A stretch of DNA of 51,153 nt from Gemmatimonadales bacterium (GTDB lineage Bacteria > Gemmatimonadota > Gemmatimonadetes > Gemmatimonadales > GWC2-71-9). How positions within the stretch are numbered: the first letter of the stretch is position 1; each line of letters starts with the position of its first letter. The translations under genes were made by a program, and so were the position numbers. The DNA is taken from positions 1 to 51,153 of the forward strand of contig JBDIWC010000032.1 of NCBI GenBank assembly GCA_039794085.1, written 5' to 3'. The notes under the pieces were generated by a model, which saw nothing but the letters and a program-made list of their open reading frames with translations, made no database searches and was not told the DNA's origin. Positions 27,161-37,640 of this stretch are shown here, in pieces.

Positions 27161-28420
27161 CTACTCGAACCGGAGCGCCTCCACGGGGTCGAGTCGGCTC
27201 GCCCGGCTCGCGGGATAGAGCCCGAAGAAGATCCCGGTGACCACCGAGGCGAGGATCGCCACCACGACCGACCAGAGTGGAACCGTCGCGGGAATGGGGG
27301 TGAACCGGTTGACCAGGAAGGCGACGCCGCCTCCCATCGCCATCCCGACCGCGCCTCCCAGCATCGTGAGGGTCGCGGCCTCCACGAGGAATTGGAACAT
27401 GATCTCCCCCCGGGTGGCGCCGAGGGCCTTCCGGACTCCGATCTCCCGGGTCCGTTCCGTGACGGAGATCATCATGATCGCGATCACCCCGACCCCGCCG
27501 ACCATCAGGCCGACGCTGGACAAGGCCAGCATGACGGCAAAGAAGCCGCCAGTGATGGCGGAGAAGCTGTCCATGATCTTGTCCTGGCTGATCACGGCAA
27601 AGTTGTTCTCCTGGGCCGGCTTGAGTCCCCGGGTGGAGCGAATGGCCGCGATGACCTGGTCCTGGGACTCGGCCACGGAGATCCCGTCCACCGGAATGAC
27701 CGCGATGTTCATCCATCCCTTGAAGTAGCGGGCCACCTTGGTGAACGTGGTGTGGGGGATCATGGCCTGGGGGGAGCCACCGTCTCCGAAGAGGCTCGAC
27801 GGCTCGGTGTACACTCCCACCACCTCGAAGGGGCGCCCGAAGAGCTTGATGCGTTTGCCGAGGGGATCGAGTCCGGGAAAGAGCTGCTCGGCCATCTTGT
27901 CGTTGATGACCGCCACCGCGTTGTTGGCAGCGAATTCCAGCTGGGTGAAGTTCCGGCCCGCCGTGATGGTGCCGCCATTCACCAGGACCCACGAGGGGGA
28001 GTACCCGGTCACGGAGACGTCGTTGAGCTTGGCGCTTTCATAGCTCGCCGGACCGTTGGCTCCCTCCCGCCAGGTCACTTCCCGCACGGTCGGAAGGCTC
28101 CGGATCATCATCGCCTCATCCGGAGTCAACCAGGGATTCCGCCGCCAGGGGGAGAGCTCGTCGGAGCCGTCGCTGATGTTGAGCCCTTCCTGGAAGAATC
28201 GCTGCACGAAGAAGGTGCGCGGCCCGAGGCTCTCGAGTTGCTCGGTGACGCTGTGGCGAATCCCGGTGACCGTGGCCGCCATGGCGATGACCACCATGAC
28301 CCCGATGGCCACCCCGAGAATCGTGAGGGCCGCGCGGGCCTTGCTGGCGCGCACCGAGTCGAGGGCGATGCCCACTCCCTCGAGCATCCGGGTCAGCGAG
28401 TTGGCGAGCGATCTGAACAT
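27161..28420 (-). CDS. MacB/FtsX-type ABC permease 2
   Basis: RAALTILGVAIG; GGVGVIAIMMISVTERTREIGVRKALGA. Confidence 0.93.
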   Translation of the reverse strand: MFRSLANSLTRMLEGVGIALDSVRASKARAALTILGVAIGVMVVIAMAATVTGIRHSVTEQLESLGPRTFFVQRFFQEGLNISDGSDELSPWRRNPWLTPDEAMMIRSLPTVREVTWREGANGPASYESAKLNDVSVTGYSPSWVLVNGGTITAGRNFTQLEFAANNAVAVINDKMAEQLFPGLDPLGKRIKLFGRPFEVVGVYTEPSSLFGDGGSPQAMIPHTTFTKVARYFKGWMNIAVIPVDGISVAESQDQVIAAIRSTRGLKPAQENNFAVISQDKIMDSFSAITGGFFAVMLALSSVGLMVGGVGVIAIMMISVTERTREIGVRKALGATRGEIMFQFLVEAATLTMLGGAVGMAMGGGVAFLVNRFTPIPATVPLWSVVVAILASVVTGIFFGLYPASRASRLDPVEALRFE

Positions 28421-28426
28421 GATGCG

Positions 28427-29668
28427 TTACTCCGCGCGCAGGGCGTCGATGGGGTCGAGTCGGGAGGCCCGGTTGGCCGGATAGATTCCGGCGGTCATCC
28501 CGACGGCCACACCCAGGAAGACGGCGACCCCGATCGACCAGGGGGCGATGGCGGCGGGGAAGGGGGTCAGCGACCGGACCGTGAAGGCCAGGGCGATTCC
28601 GAGCCCGATACCGAAGATGGCCCCCACAGTGCTGAGGGTGGCGGACTCGACGACGAACTGCGCCAGGATGTCCCCCCGCCTGGCCCCGAGCGCCTTCCGG
28701 ACGCCGATCTCGCGGGTGCGTTCGGACACCGCCATGAGCATGATGTTCATGATCACGATCCCCCCGACCACGAGGGAGATGGCCACCAGACCCGGGAGCG
28801 CGGCAAAAAGGACGGCGGAGATCTTGCGCCACCCTTCCAGGGCTCCCTCGGCGGTCTGGAGATGGAAGTTGTTGGGATCGGTGGGACGAAGGCCTCGCCG
28901 GGCTCGGAGCAGCGTTTCCACCTCGCCCATGGCCTGCTGCATCACGGCCACGTTGGCGGCCTGCACGTTGAATTCCTCGATCGTGTTGGTGGCGCAGACC
29001 AGGCGCCGCCCCGGAGCGGTGAACGGGGCCACGGCGAACTTGTCGAGGGAGATGCCGAAGAGGGTTCCCTGGTGGGCCACCACCCCGATGATCCGATACG
29101 GGATCCCGCCAATCTGCACGTCGCGCCCGACCGGGTCGAGCCCCTCGAAGAGTTTTTCCGCGACCAGGTCTCCGATCACGAGGACCGGCACCCCGGCCCG
29201 CACTTCCTGGGGAGTGAAGGCCCGGCCGTTGGCGATCTCGTAGTTCTTGATCCCGAAATAGCTCGCTTCGGCCGCGATGAAGTTGATGTCCCGGGCCACC
29301 TTTCCATCGCGGGTCAGGGACACCGGGCCATCGCACTGGCGGCTGAACTGCACCGGAGTCCGGATCCGTTCGGAGAGGTAATCGGCGTCGGCGTGGGTGA
29401 GCAGCGGACGCCGGGCCCATTCCCGCCGGACCTCGCTGGAGACGTCGCCGGTCTGAATGCTCGGGCGCCGCAGAAGCTGGAATGTGTTGAGGCCGACCAG
29501 CTTGTTGGCAAACTGATCCTCCATGTACACGTTCATCCCCTGCACGATGGACACGACGGCGATGAGGAAGGTCACCCCGATGAGCACACCGATGAGCGAG
29601 AAGAAGCTCTTCAGCTTCTGCGCCCAGATCGTGGACAGGGCCATCCGGACCGCCTCGAAAACGGGCAT
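28427..29668 (-). CDS. MacB/FtsX-type ABC permease 1
   Basis: KSFFSLIGVLIG; GGIVIMNIMLMAVSERTREIGVRKALGA. Confidence 0.93.
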   Translation of the reverse strand: MPVFEAVRMALSTIWAQKLKSFFSLIGVLIGVTFLIAVVSIVQGMNVYMEDQFANKLVGLNTFQLLRRPSIQTGDVSSEVRREWARRPLLTHADADYLSERIRTPVQFSRQCDGPVSLTRDGKVARDINFIAAEASYFGIKNYEIANGRAFTPQEVRAGVPVLVIGDLVAEKLFEGLDPVGRDVQIGGIPYRIIGVVAHQGTLFGISLDKFAVAPFTAPGRRLVCATNTIEEFNVQAANVAVMQQAMGEVETLLRARRGLRPTDPNNFHLQTAEGALEGWRKISAVLFAALPGLVAISLVVGGIVIMNIMLMAVSERTREIGVRKALGARRGDILAQFVVESATLSTVGAIFGIGLGIALAFTVRSLTPFPAAIAPWSIGVAVFLGVAVGMTAGIYPANRASRLDPIDALRAE

Positions 29669-29671
29669 CGG

Positions 29672-30370
29672 TCAGGCCGCGGATTGCTGGAGCAGGTCGG
29701 TGGCCACCATGCCGTCCCGCAGGGTGATGACCCGCGCCGCGTGCGCCGCGATGTCGGGCTCATGAGTCACCATGATGACGGTCTGGCCCTGGGCGTGCAG
29801 GTCCGCGAAGACCCGCATGATCTCCTCGCTCGTCGTGCTGTCGAGGTTGCCGGTCGGCTCGTCGGCCAACAGAATCGACGGTGAGTTCACCAGTGCCCGG
29901 GCGATGGCCACGCGCTGGCGTTGCCCTCCGGACATCTCATTGGGGCGATGGGTCATACGGTCCGCGAGGCCCACCCGAGCCAGGGCGGATTCGGCCCGCT
30001 GGCGCCGCTCCCGTCCCGGCATGCCCGCGTAGACCAGGGGAAGCTCCACATTCTGCAGCGCGGAGGCCCGGGGAAGGAGATTGAAGGTCTGGAAGACGAA
30101 GCCGATCTCCCGGTTGCGCACCCGGGCCAGGGCGTCGTCGGTCATCCGCGAGACCTCCTGCCCGTTCAGCCAATAGGCACCGCCGTCCGGGGTGTCGAGG
30201 CACCCGATCACGTTCATCAGAGTCGACTTGCCGGATCCGGAGGGGCCCATGATGGCCGTGTACTCGTTGCGGAGGATCGACAGGGATACCCCGCGCAGGG
30301 CCTGGACGACTTCGCTGCCCATCCGGTAGTGGCGGGTGATCTTCTCCAGTCGGATCACGGCGCCGGTCAT
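29672..30370 (-). CDS. ABC transporter ATP-binding protein (LolD/MacB type)
   Basis: [28 protein letters not shown]. Confidence 0.96.
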   Translation of the reverse strand: MTGAVIRLEKITRHYRMGSEVVQALRGVSLSILRNEYTAIMGPSGSGKSTLMNVIGCLDTPDGGAYWLNGQEVSRMTDDALARVRNREIGFVFQTFNLLPRASALQNVELPLVYAGMPGRERRQRAESALARVGLADRMTHRPNEMSGGQRQRVAIARALVNSPSILLADEPTGNLDSTTSEEIMRVFADLHAQGQTVIMVTHEPDIAAHAARVITLRDGMVATDLLQQSAA

Positions 30371-31623
30371 GGCGTGGCCCCCGGGGTGGTCACCGGGGCC
30401 TGACGCACCCTGGTGCTGTCCTTGAGATCGCGAATCGCCTGGTAGGGACCGGCCACCACGGTGTCCCCGGCCTGCACCCCCTCGAGAACCTCGAAGTACT
30501 CGTCCCCCGCGATGCCCACCCGGACGGGCCGGAAGTAGGCCACCCCGTTCACCACGACGAACACACCCTCCGTCTCTTTCTTCTTCGCGCCGGGCGCCGG
30601 TGGTGTGGAGCCGGTCATCTCGTTGGGAATCGCCTCGTGTTCCCGCACGGTGAGGGCGATGATGGGGATGGAGAGGGCCTGGGGTCGCACGTCAGTCACG
30701 ATCCGGGCCGTGGCGCTCAGGTCGGGGCGCACGTCGGAGGGGGGATTGTCGAGCGTCACCTCCACTTCGAAATCGACGGCCTGGTCGCCCCCGGCGGCGG
30801 CCGTGAGCTTGGCGCTGTTGCTGATCTTGGTGACCCGGCCGATGAAGGTCGTGTCGGGAAAGGCGTCGATGGTGATGCCGACCGAGTCACCGGGGGACAG
30901 CCGGACCACGTCGGTCTCGTCCACGTCCACCTTGGCCAGAACCACGGAGAGGTCCGCCACCGTCATCAGCAGGCCGGTCTCGCGGGAAAAAGTGCCGGGA
31001 ACGGCCACCTCCCCCTCCTCCACGGCCAGCCGGACCACGCGCCCCGCGATAGGGGAGAAGAGGCGGGTCTTGGCGAGGTTGTCCTTGGCTTCCTGAAGCG
31101 AGGCCCTGGCCTGGTCCACGGCGGCCTTGTTGGCCTGGAAGGTGGCGAGCGACACTTCATACTGCTGCTGCGCCTGTTCCACCACCTCCCGCGCGATCAG
31201 ATCGGGGTTGGTCTGCTGGATCGAGAGGGACCGATCCATCTGGCGCTTGGCCTGGTCCATGTTGGCCCGGCTCTGCAGGAGATTGGCCTCGCTCGAGGCG
31301 AGAAAGGCCTCGGCCCGGGAGACGGCGGACTGATACTGCGCCGGGTCGATCTGCACCAGCAGCTGCCCCGCCTCCACGAGGTCTCCCTCGCGCACGTACA
31401 GGCGGGTGATGCGGCCCGTGATGTCGGCGCTGATGTCCACCTTCGTCTTGGCCTCGATCTTTCCGCTCGCGGTCACGATCGCCGTCAGATCGCGGGCGGA
31501 GATCGCCTCCAGGCGGACCTCGGTCCCCCGGCCGGCCTGGCGTTGATTGGCGACCACCGTCAGTGACACGACGACTGCCAGCACGACCACGATCGCGACG
31601 ACCACCCTGGTACGACGGGACAT
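30367..31623 (-). CDS. Efflux periplasmic adaptor (MFP, MacA-like)
   Basis: N-terminal anchor, lipoyl halves VREGDLV / [13 protein letters not shown]. Confidence 0.93.
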   Translation of the reverse strand: MSRRTRVVVAIVVVLAVVVSLTVVANQRQAGRGTEVRLEAISARDLTAIVTASGKIEAKTKVDISADITGRITRLYVREGDLVEAGQLLVQIDPAQYQSAVSRAEAFLASSEANLLQSRANMDQAKRQMDRSLSIQQTNPDLIAREVVEQAQQQYEVSLATFQANKAAVDQARASLQEAKDNLAKTRLFSPIAGRVVRLAVEEGEVAVPGTFSRETGLLMTVADLSVVLAKVDVDETDVVRLSPGDSVGITIDAFPDTTFIGRVTKISNSAKLTAAAGGDQAVDFEVEVTLDNPPSDVRPDLSATARIVTDVRPQALSIPIIALTVREHEAIPNEMTGSTPPAPGAKKKETEGVFVVVNGVAYFRPVRVGIAGDEYFEVLEGVQAGDTVVAGPYQAIRDLKDSTRVRQAPVTTPGATP

Positions 31624-31637
31624 TGCAGAATCCTTCC

Positions 31638-33164
31638 TCAGCGAAGGGGACGGCCAACGGCGAATTCCAGCGCCGCGATGGCTTGGTGATAGTCATATAC
31701 TGCCACGATCAGATCGCCTTCGGCCCGGGTCAGGGCCACCTGGGCGTCCGAGACCTCCAGGGCACTCCCGCTCCCGAGCCGGAACCGGTCGCTTGCCAGG
31801 CGCATCTGCTCCTGGGCGGCCTGCTGGTTGGCTCGTTGAACTCCGATTGCTTCATAGGCGGTCTGCACCGCCAGGAACCGCCCCTCCACTTCGGCCCGGA
31901 GCGCGAGCTGCCGTGCCCGCACCGCCTCGGACGCGTCCTCCCGCTGCACCGCCGCCTGGCTCACTTGCACCTCGCGGGTGAAGTTGTTGAAGAGGGGGAG
32001 TGCGACCCGGAGCTGGAGCCGGAAGGGGTTGGGCGTGAAATCGAAGGGGAACACGTTGTTGTTGTTCAGAATCGCCTCCCGGTTCTCCGGAAGGAGATTG
32101 CCCGCCGCGTCCAAGCCGGCGAACCCGTTGCAGTCCGCGATGATCCCTCCCCCCGGGGAGGGATGGGGGGAGGTGAGCCGCTCCAGGATCCCGTTCTGGA
32201 ACCGGCAGTTGTCCGCGGTGGTGGTGGCGCGGGCGGCCGCATTGGCCACCAGATTGTCGGCGTTGCGAAACTCCTGGGTGAAGCCCGACCAGGTGGCCGA
32301 GACCGACAGGGTGGGGAGATAGCGGGACTTGTTGGACCGCACATTCCAGTCGGCCGCGTCCTCCCGGGCCTGGAGGGCCCGCAGCTGCGGGTTCTGTTCC
32401 GCCGCCAGCGACAGAAGCGAGGGAAGATCGAACCGGGGCTCGACGACCGGGAAGCTGTCCGACAGCGCCACGGCGTCCACCGACACCGGGGGCGACACCC
32501 CCATCCGGCGGAACAGTTCCAGCTTCGCCTCTCGCTCCGCCTGCCGGGCGCGCAACAGGGCGACCTCGGACTGCCCCTTGGTCACTTCCGCCTGCCGGAC
32601 ATCGATCAGGGTCGTCTGCCCCACCTGGTACCGCGCGTCGGCCAGAGCCCGGAAGTCCTCGTTCCGGGCCACCTGCTGGCGAGCCACATCGGTCTGGGCC
32701 TCGGCCTGGAGCACCACGAGATACTGCGTGGTGATGTCGTTCCGGAGCAGTGCGCCCGCGTTGCTGATGTCCTCGCTCACGGCGCGCTGGTTGGCCTTCT
32801 GTTGACCCGGCGCCGCCAGCGTGGCTCCGCTGAACTGCCAGCCCACCGTGAGGGAATACGAACTCTCGATCGTGGAGCCCTGATTGAAGAGCGTGCCGCC
32901 GAACTGGGAGGAACCCTCACCCGTGAAGCCCAGGGTCGAGGCCACATCCACGCTCGGCAGGAAGCTCGCGTAGGCATTTCTCACCTGCCACCGTGCCGCC
33001 CCGGCGTCATTGGTCACCTGGCGGTAGGCTGGGCTGCTCCGCCGACCCTCGCTGAGTGCCTCCGCCAGCGACACGGTGACCGTGGGCGCTGGTCGGGGAG
33101 GAACCTGCGCCGTCACCGGGAGGGGGCTCATCGTTGCCAGGAGAATCCAGGACCACCGTTTCAT
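31638..33164 (-). CDS. TolC family outer membrane efflux protein
   Basis: Signal peptide, two OEP repeats (RYQVGQTTLIDV, RFRLGSGSALEV). Confidence 0.92.
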   Translation of the reverse strand: MKRWSWILLATMSPLPVTAQVPPRPAPTVTVSLAEALSEGRRSSPAYRQVTNDAGAARWQVRNAYASFLPSVDVASTLGFTGEGSSQFGGTLFNQGSTIESSYSLTVGWQFSGATLAAPGQQKANQRAVSEDISNAGALLRNDITTQYLVVLQAEAQTDVARQQVARNEDFRALADARYQVGQTTLIDVRQAEVTKGQSEVALLRARQAEREAKLELFRRMGVSPPVSVDAVALSDSFPVVEPRFDLPSLLSLAAEQNPQLRALQAREDAADWNVRSNKSRYLPTLSVSATWSGFTQEFRNADNLVANAAARATTTADNCRFQNGILERLTSPHPSPGGGIIADCNGFAGLDAAGNLLPENREAILNNNNVFPFDFTPNPFRLQLRVALPLFNNFTREVQVSQAAVQREDASEAVRARQLALRAEVEGRFLAVQTAYEAIGVQRANQQAAQEQMRLASDRFRLGSGSALEVSDAQVALTRAEGDLIVAVYDYHQAIAALEFAVGRPLR

Positions 33165-33209
33165 GGGACAACCTTCCTCAACTCAAGGGTTTGCGCGACA
33201 CGTCGGTCA

Positions 33210-33236
33210 TACGTTAATGGTTCGGGAAAGGTTTCA
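33210..33236 (-). promoter_or_regulatory. Putative ECF-sigma (SigW-like) promoter of the tolC-ABC operon
   Basis: Minus strand TGAAAC-17 nt-CGTA, 46 bp upstream of the tolC ATG. Confidence 0.6.
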
Positions 33237-33315
33237 CCTTGTGACGGCCGCCTTCCACTTCGCTAAATTGGCGCACTGTGAGGAATCTCGCTCAAATGTC
33301 CGCCGAAGGAAACGG

Positions 33316-36300
33316 ATGAAGACCCTTGATCGGCCGGGCACCTCGCGGGGAGAGCGCTGGCTGGTTCCCGGGCTGCTGCTTCTGGCGGCTGGAGTGGCCG
33401 AATGGCTCCGGGTCCCGGTCGCGGGATGGCTCGCGATGATCTGGGCCGGCGTGGTGGTGCTTCTGGGCCTTCTCGCCCGGCCCCGGAGGGGAGCCGCCGA
33501 GCTGCTGGTCGTGGTCGCGGTACTCACGGCGGGGGCCACCACGGTGCGGCAGATCCGCGTGAGCCGAATCCAGGAGGCGTGGCCCCACGAACTCGAGCAG
33601 AGAACCCTTGCCGCCGCTCTGCGGTTGCAATCGGACCTGGTGCGCACCTTGGGCGTGGTGAATGACCTTGCCCGGGCGGCACTCCCCCTCGGAACAGCCT
33701 CTCCTGATGAAAACACCTTCTCGCTGCTGGGGACGCTCATCCCCACCCGGGCCGAAGAGGTGGGGATCGCGCTCTTCGATTCGTCCGGGGTTCTCCGGGC
33801 ATGGGCCGGTCGTCACCGGCTGTCGCCCGGGCGAGGTCCGGACTCGCTGCGGGTCATCGTCACCGATTTCTATACCGTCCTGCAGCGAGAGGTCTCGGAC
33901 CGTCGAGGAGCCGTGGTCGTGTCGCTGCTTCTGGCGACCGATGCCGGGGTGCCGGAAGATCCCCCCAGCATGGCTTCCCGATTCCGGGCTCGGACCGGAG
34001 TGGGCCTGGAGATCAGTCTTCCCGCCCAGGTGGCGGACAGCCTCGACCCCTTTGATTTCCGGATCCCCACGTCGAATGGTGGTCGGACCCTCTACAGTGT
34101 GAGATTTCTTCCACCCACCCAGGGGGAGGCACTCGACGCGGCCCTCCACGGAGGTCCCCGTCTCGAAGCGTGGCTCCTCATCGGTCTCCTGCTGATCGCC
34201 GTGCTGGTTGGACCCCACCCCGGGCATCGGTTCATCGTCCTCGTGGGGCTTCTCTGGGTCGGGCTCCGGGCTCCCCTCGGGGAAGCGCTCGGGATGGGGA
34301 CGTTATTCAGTCCGCGGGCCTTCTTCGTCGAAGGGGCACCTCCATGGCTCCTGCCCATCGTCCGTTCGGCGGGCGCGCTTCTGCTCACGGGCACGCTGGT
34401 CTCCCTGGCCGCGCTGGTGCTCTGGCAGCGGGCCCCGCAGCGTCGGCTCCCGGGAATTTTCCTCGCGATTCCGCTCCTGGGGGTGACCCCCTGGATTGTG
34501 CACTCCCTCTCTCTCGGGATCACGCCCCCGGCCAGCGGTGTGAGTCTGATCCTGTGGCTCAGCTGGCATCTGACGCTCTTTGTGTCGGCCTTCGCTCTGG
34601 TCCTTGCGGCGGCCATCCTGCTGCGGGGTCCTGAGGAGGGGAGGGGATCCTTTTCCGCCCTGGCGGGTGGAGGGAGCGCGGTGGTGGTGGCCGTAATCGG
34701 AGTGATGGTCTTCCGTGGACCGGAGGGGTGGCCGGAGTGGTACCCCCTCCTCTGGGCGGTGCCGCTGGTGCTGGTTCTGCGGCCGGGCTCGCCGAGGGCG
34801 ACCCTGGCGGGGATTGCGGTTCTCGCGGGCAGTGGAGCCGCCCTCCTCACGTGGAGTTCCGAGATCCGGGGCCGGGCATCCCTCGCCGTCCAGGACGTGG
34901 CCGCGCTCGGACCGGTGGCCGATCCCCTTGCGGAGCCCACCCTGAGGGGTTTCGCCGACCGGATCCGGGTGGGAGCCCCGACACGATCCGCGGCGGATCT
35001 CTACCGGCACTGGACCCGCTCGACCCTCGCCCGGCAGGGGTATCCGACCCGTCTCACACTCTGGGCGGACGGGATCCCGAGCGCCGATCTGGCTCTCGCG
35101 GACCTCGCGGTCTCCGATTCCGTTCTCGTCGATCTGGTGGCGGACTCCCTCTTCGACAGCGTATCCGTCCGGATCGCCCAATTTCCCGGGGTCCCGGGTA
35201 CCCACCACGTCCTCCTCGTGCGACTCCCCGAGGGGAGGGCCATCACGGCCGTGATCGGACCGCGCACCACGCTCATGCCTCCGAACGGGTTGGGGCGGGT
35301 GCTCTACCCGGGCTCCGAGCCGGCCCCCCTCTACCAGCTGCTGCTCACGCCCGCGGCGCACGGGGCCGCGGTGGGGAGAGAGGATGGGATCTGGTGGCGC
35401 GCCGGGTGGCAGGTCCACCGGGACCAGCGGGTCGACCTGGCGGGGGGGGGGGGGGCGTCGGTGGCGCATGCCGTGGTGGGCATGGGAAGCCCGGGCATGC
35501 TCGCCGTGCGCGGTATTCTCCTCCTGGCGCTCGATGTGGCGCTGATGGTTCTCCTCTGGGGTCTGTCCACCCTGATTGGCGCACGAGGCCCTCCCCGGAT
35601 CGCGTGGGCCGCGCCGGGTTTCGGGCGCTCCTTCCGGTTCCGACTTGGCATGGCCCTCGTCGGGTTCTTCCTGATCCCCGCGGGCGGTTTCGCCCTCTGG
35701 AGCCTGGTCCGGCTTCCCGACGAGATCCGGAGCAGTCATGACCTGGTTGTCGCCGAGCACCTCAAGGATGCGTCGAACGCCTTGGCGCGGGAGTTCCGGT
35801 CAACCGAGCCTCTCGAGACCCGATTGCGCCAGCGCTCGACACGCGATGACGCCGAGCTGGCTTTCTACCGTGAGGGACGCCTGGCCGCGGTCTCCACCGA
35901 TCTTCTCCGCGACCTGGCTCTCTTCGACCCGCTGGTCCCGGCGGACGCCTGGCAGAGCCTGGCCCTTCGAGGGGAAACCTCCACCATCCTCGCCTCCGGC
36001 ACCGCGCACGGTCATCCCCATCGGACCGGATATCGGGTGCACCGTCCCCCCGGGCAAGCGGGAATGACCATCCTCGCCACCCATCACGTGGCCAGCGATC
36101 CGGCCCAGGCCGCCCGGCAGGCGGATGTGGCCATGGTGGTGCTCCTGGCGACGCTCCTCGGAATTGCCGCCGCGATCGGCGCGGCCCGGCGGTCGGTCCG
36201 GGGGCTGGCCCGACCGGTCGCCGAGCTGCGGAGAGCCGCGGAACTGGTGGGGAAGGGCCTGGATCCGACTCCGGCCTCCGCGGCTCCTCCCCTCGAGTTC

Positions 36301-37371
36301 GTGCCGGTCTTCGAGGCCTTCGACCGAATGGCACGGGATGTCAAGGCGAGCCGGGAAGCGCTCGAATCGGCGCGACAGCGCATCGCCGCCGTGCTGGCGC
36401 GCGTGGCGACCGGCGTGATCGGAGTCGATGCCCAGGGCCGCATTCTGGGGACCAACGCCCGGGCGGAGGAATGCGTCGGCGTGCCCCTGCCGGAGGGAGG
36501 GATCCTGCCCGAGAACCTTCCCGCCAGCTGGTCCGCCCTGGGAGAGCTCCTCACCCAGGCGCTCCGCGAGGAGGCGCCGCTCGATCCCCCGGGCGAAGAG
36601 ATCGAAGTGGACGGCCGCCAGTATTCCGCGCGATTCACCCGCTTCGAGGGCCCGGGAGCCGGAGGCGTCATCACGCTGCATGACATCACCGATGCCACGC
36701 GGGCCGCACGGATTCTCGCGTGGGGGGAGATGGCGAGCCAGGTGGCCCATGAGATCAAGAACCCCCTCACCCCCATGCGACTCGGCATCCAGCACCTGCA
36801 GCGGATCCAGCGGGACCGGGGCGACGTGGGGGAGGTGCTGGAGGAAACGGCGGCGAGGATCCTGCGCGAGATCGACCATCTCGACACCATTGCCCGGGCG
36901 TTCAGCCGATCGGCCGCGCCCGGGGCGCCGGTGGCACCTCCCGAACCGGTCGACGCGGCGACGGTGGCGGAGGAAGTGCTCCAGCTCTATCGGGTGGCGC
37001 CCGAAATCATGACGGTCCAGGTCGTGGATGAGGGCCGGGGACCGACACGCCTGATGGCCCGCGCGGATGAGTTGCGGGAGGTCCTCCTCAATCTCCTGGA
37101 GAACGCGCGTGCCGCGGGGGCCACCACCGTCGACATCGTGGTGGAGCCCTCCACGGTGGCGGTCCGGGACAACGGGAGTGGGATCGAGGCTGACCTCCTT
37201 CCGCGGATCTTCGAACCCCGTTTCTCCACCACAACGAGCGGCTCTGGGCTCGGCCTGGCCATTGTCAAGCGGTTGACAGACAGTTGGGGCGCGACCGTCG
37301 AGGTGGCCAGCGAAGTGGGGAAGGGGACGGTCGTGACCATCCGGGGGCGCCCCTCTCCCGAGCTGGGGTGA
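33316..37371 (+). CDS. Large multi-TM sensor histidine kinase (NtrY-like C-terminus: HAMP-PAS-HisKA-HATPase), 1351 aa
   Basis: AWGEMASQVAHEIKNPLTPM, NLLENA, DNGSGI, FEPRFST, GSGLGL; AAGGA RBS before ATG 33316. Confidence 0.92.
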   Translation: MKTLDRPGTSRGERWLVPGLLLLAAGVAEWLRVPVAGWLAMIWAGVVVLLGLLARPRRGAAELLVVVAVLTAGATTVRQIRVSRIQEAWPHELEQRTLAAALRLQSDLVRTLGVVNDLARAALPLGTASPDENTFSLLGTLIPTRAEEVGIALFDSSGVLRAWAGRHRLSPGRGPDSLRVIVTDFYTVLQREVSDRRGAVVVSLLLATDAGVPEDPPSMASRFRARTGVGLEISLPAQVADSLDPFDFRIPTSNGGRTLYSVRFLPPTQGEALDAALHGGPRLEAWLLIGLLLIAVLVGPHPGHRFIVLVGLLWVGLRAPLGEALGMGTLFSPRAFFVEGAPPWLLPIVRSAGALLLTGTLVSLAALVLWQRAPQRRLPGIFLAIPLLGVTPWIVHSLSLGITPPASGVSLILWLSWHLTLFVSAFALVLAAAILLRGPEEGRGSFSALAGGGSAVVVAVIGVMVFRGPEGWPEWYPLLWAVPLVLVLRPGSPRATLAGIAVLAGSGAALLTWSSEIRGRASLAVQDVAALGPVADPLAEPTLRGFADRIRVGAPTRSAADLYRHWTRSTLARQGYPTRLTLWADGIPSADLALADLAVSDSVLVDLVADSLFDSVSVRIAQFPGVPGTHHVLLVRLPEGRAITAVIGPRTTLMPPNGLGRVLYPGSEPAPLYQLLLTPAAHGAAVGREDGIWWRAGWQVHRDQRVDLAGGGGASVAHAVVGMGSPGMLAVRGILLLALDVALMVLLWGLSTLIGARGPPRIAWAAPGFGRSFRFRLGMALVGFFLIPAGGFALWSLVRLPDEIRSSHDLVVAEHLKDASNALAREFRSTEPLETRLRQRSTRDDAELAFYREGRLAAVSTDLLRDLALFDPLVPADAWQSLALRGETSTILASGTAHGHPHRTGYRVHRPPGQAGMTILATHHVASDPAQAARQADVAMVVLLATLLGIAAAIGAARRSVRGLARPVAELRRAAELVGKGLDPTPASAAPPLEFVPVFEAFDRMARDVKASREALESARQRIAAVLARVATGVIGVDAQGRILGTNARAEECVGVPLPEGGILPENLPASWSALGELLTQALREEAPLDPPGEEIEVDGRQYSARFTRFEGPGAGGVITLHDITDATRAARILAWGEMASQVAHEIKNPLTPMRLGIQHLQRIQRDRGDVGEVLEETAARILREIDHLDTIARAFSRSAAPGAPVAPPEPVDAATVAEEVLQLYRVAPEIMTVQVVDEGRGPTRLMARADELREVLLNLLENARAAGATTVDIVVEPSTVAVRDNGSGIEADLLPRIFEPRFSTTTSGSGLGLAIVKRLTDSWGATVEVASEVGKGTVVTIRGRPSPELG

Positions 37372-37374
37372 GTC

Positions 37375-37567
37375 TACTGGGGACTGGGGACCGGGTGTTG
37401 GGTACTGGGTACTGGGAATTGTGGGGGACTGTCCAGATTTCTGTGTGATAGTCAGACCTGGGGACCCCAACCCCCACCTCCAATACCCAATACCCAACAC
37501 CCAACCCCCAACCCCCAACCCCCAACACCCACCCAAAAACCCACCCAAACACCCACCCCCCACCCCC
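37375..37567. repeat. Inverted heptamer arrays (NNYTGGG)n...(CCCAAYM)n
   Basis: tactggg gactggg...tactggg tactggg; cccaata cccaaca cccaacc. Confidence 0.85.
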
Positions 37568-37640
37568 GCGGCCCGCAGTTTGCACGGCTGTGAGAGGGTC
37601 CCTGTACCACTCCCCTGTTTCCGGAGCCCGTGGGTGGAAG

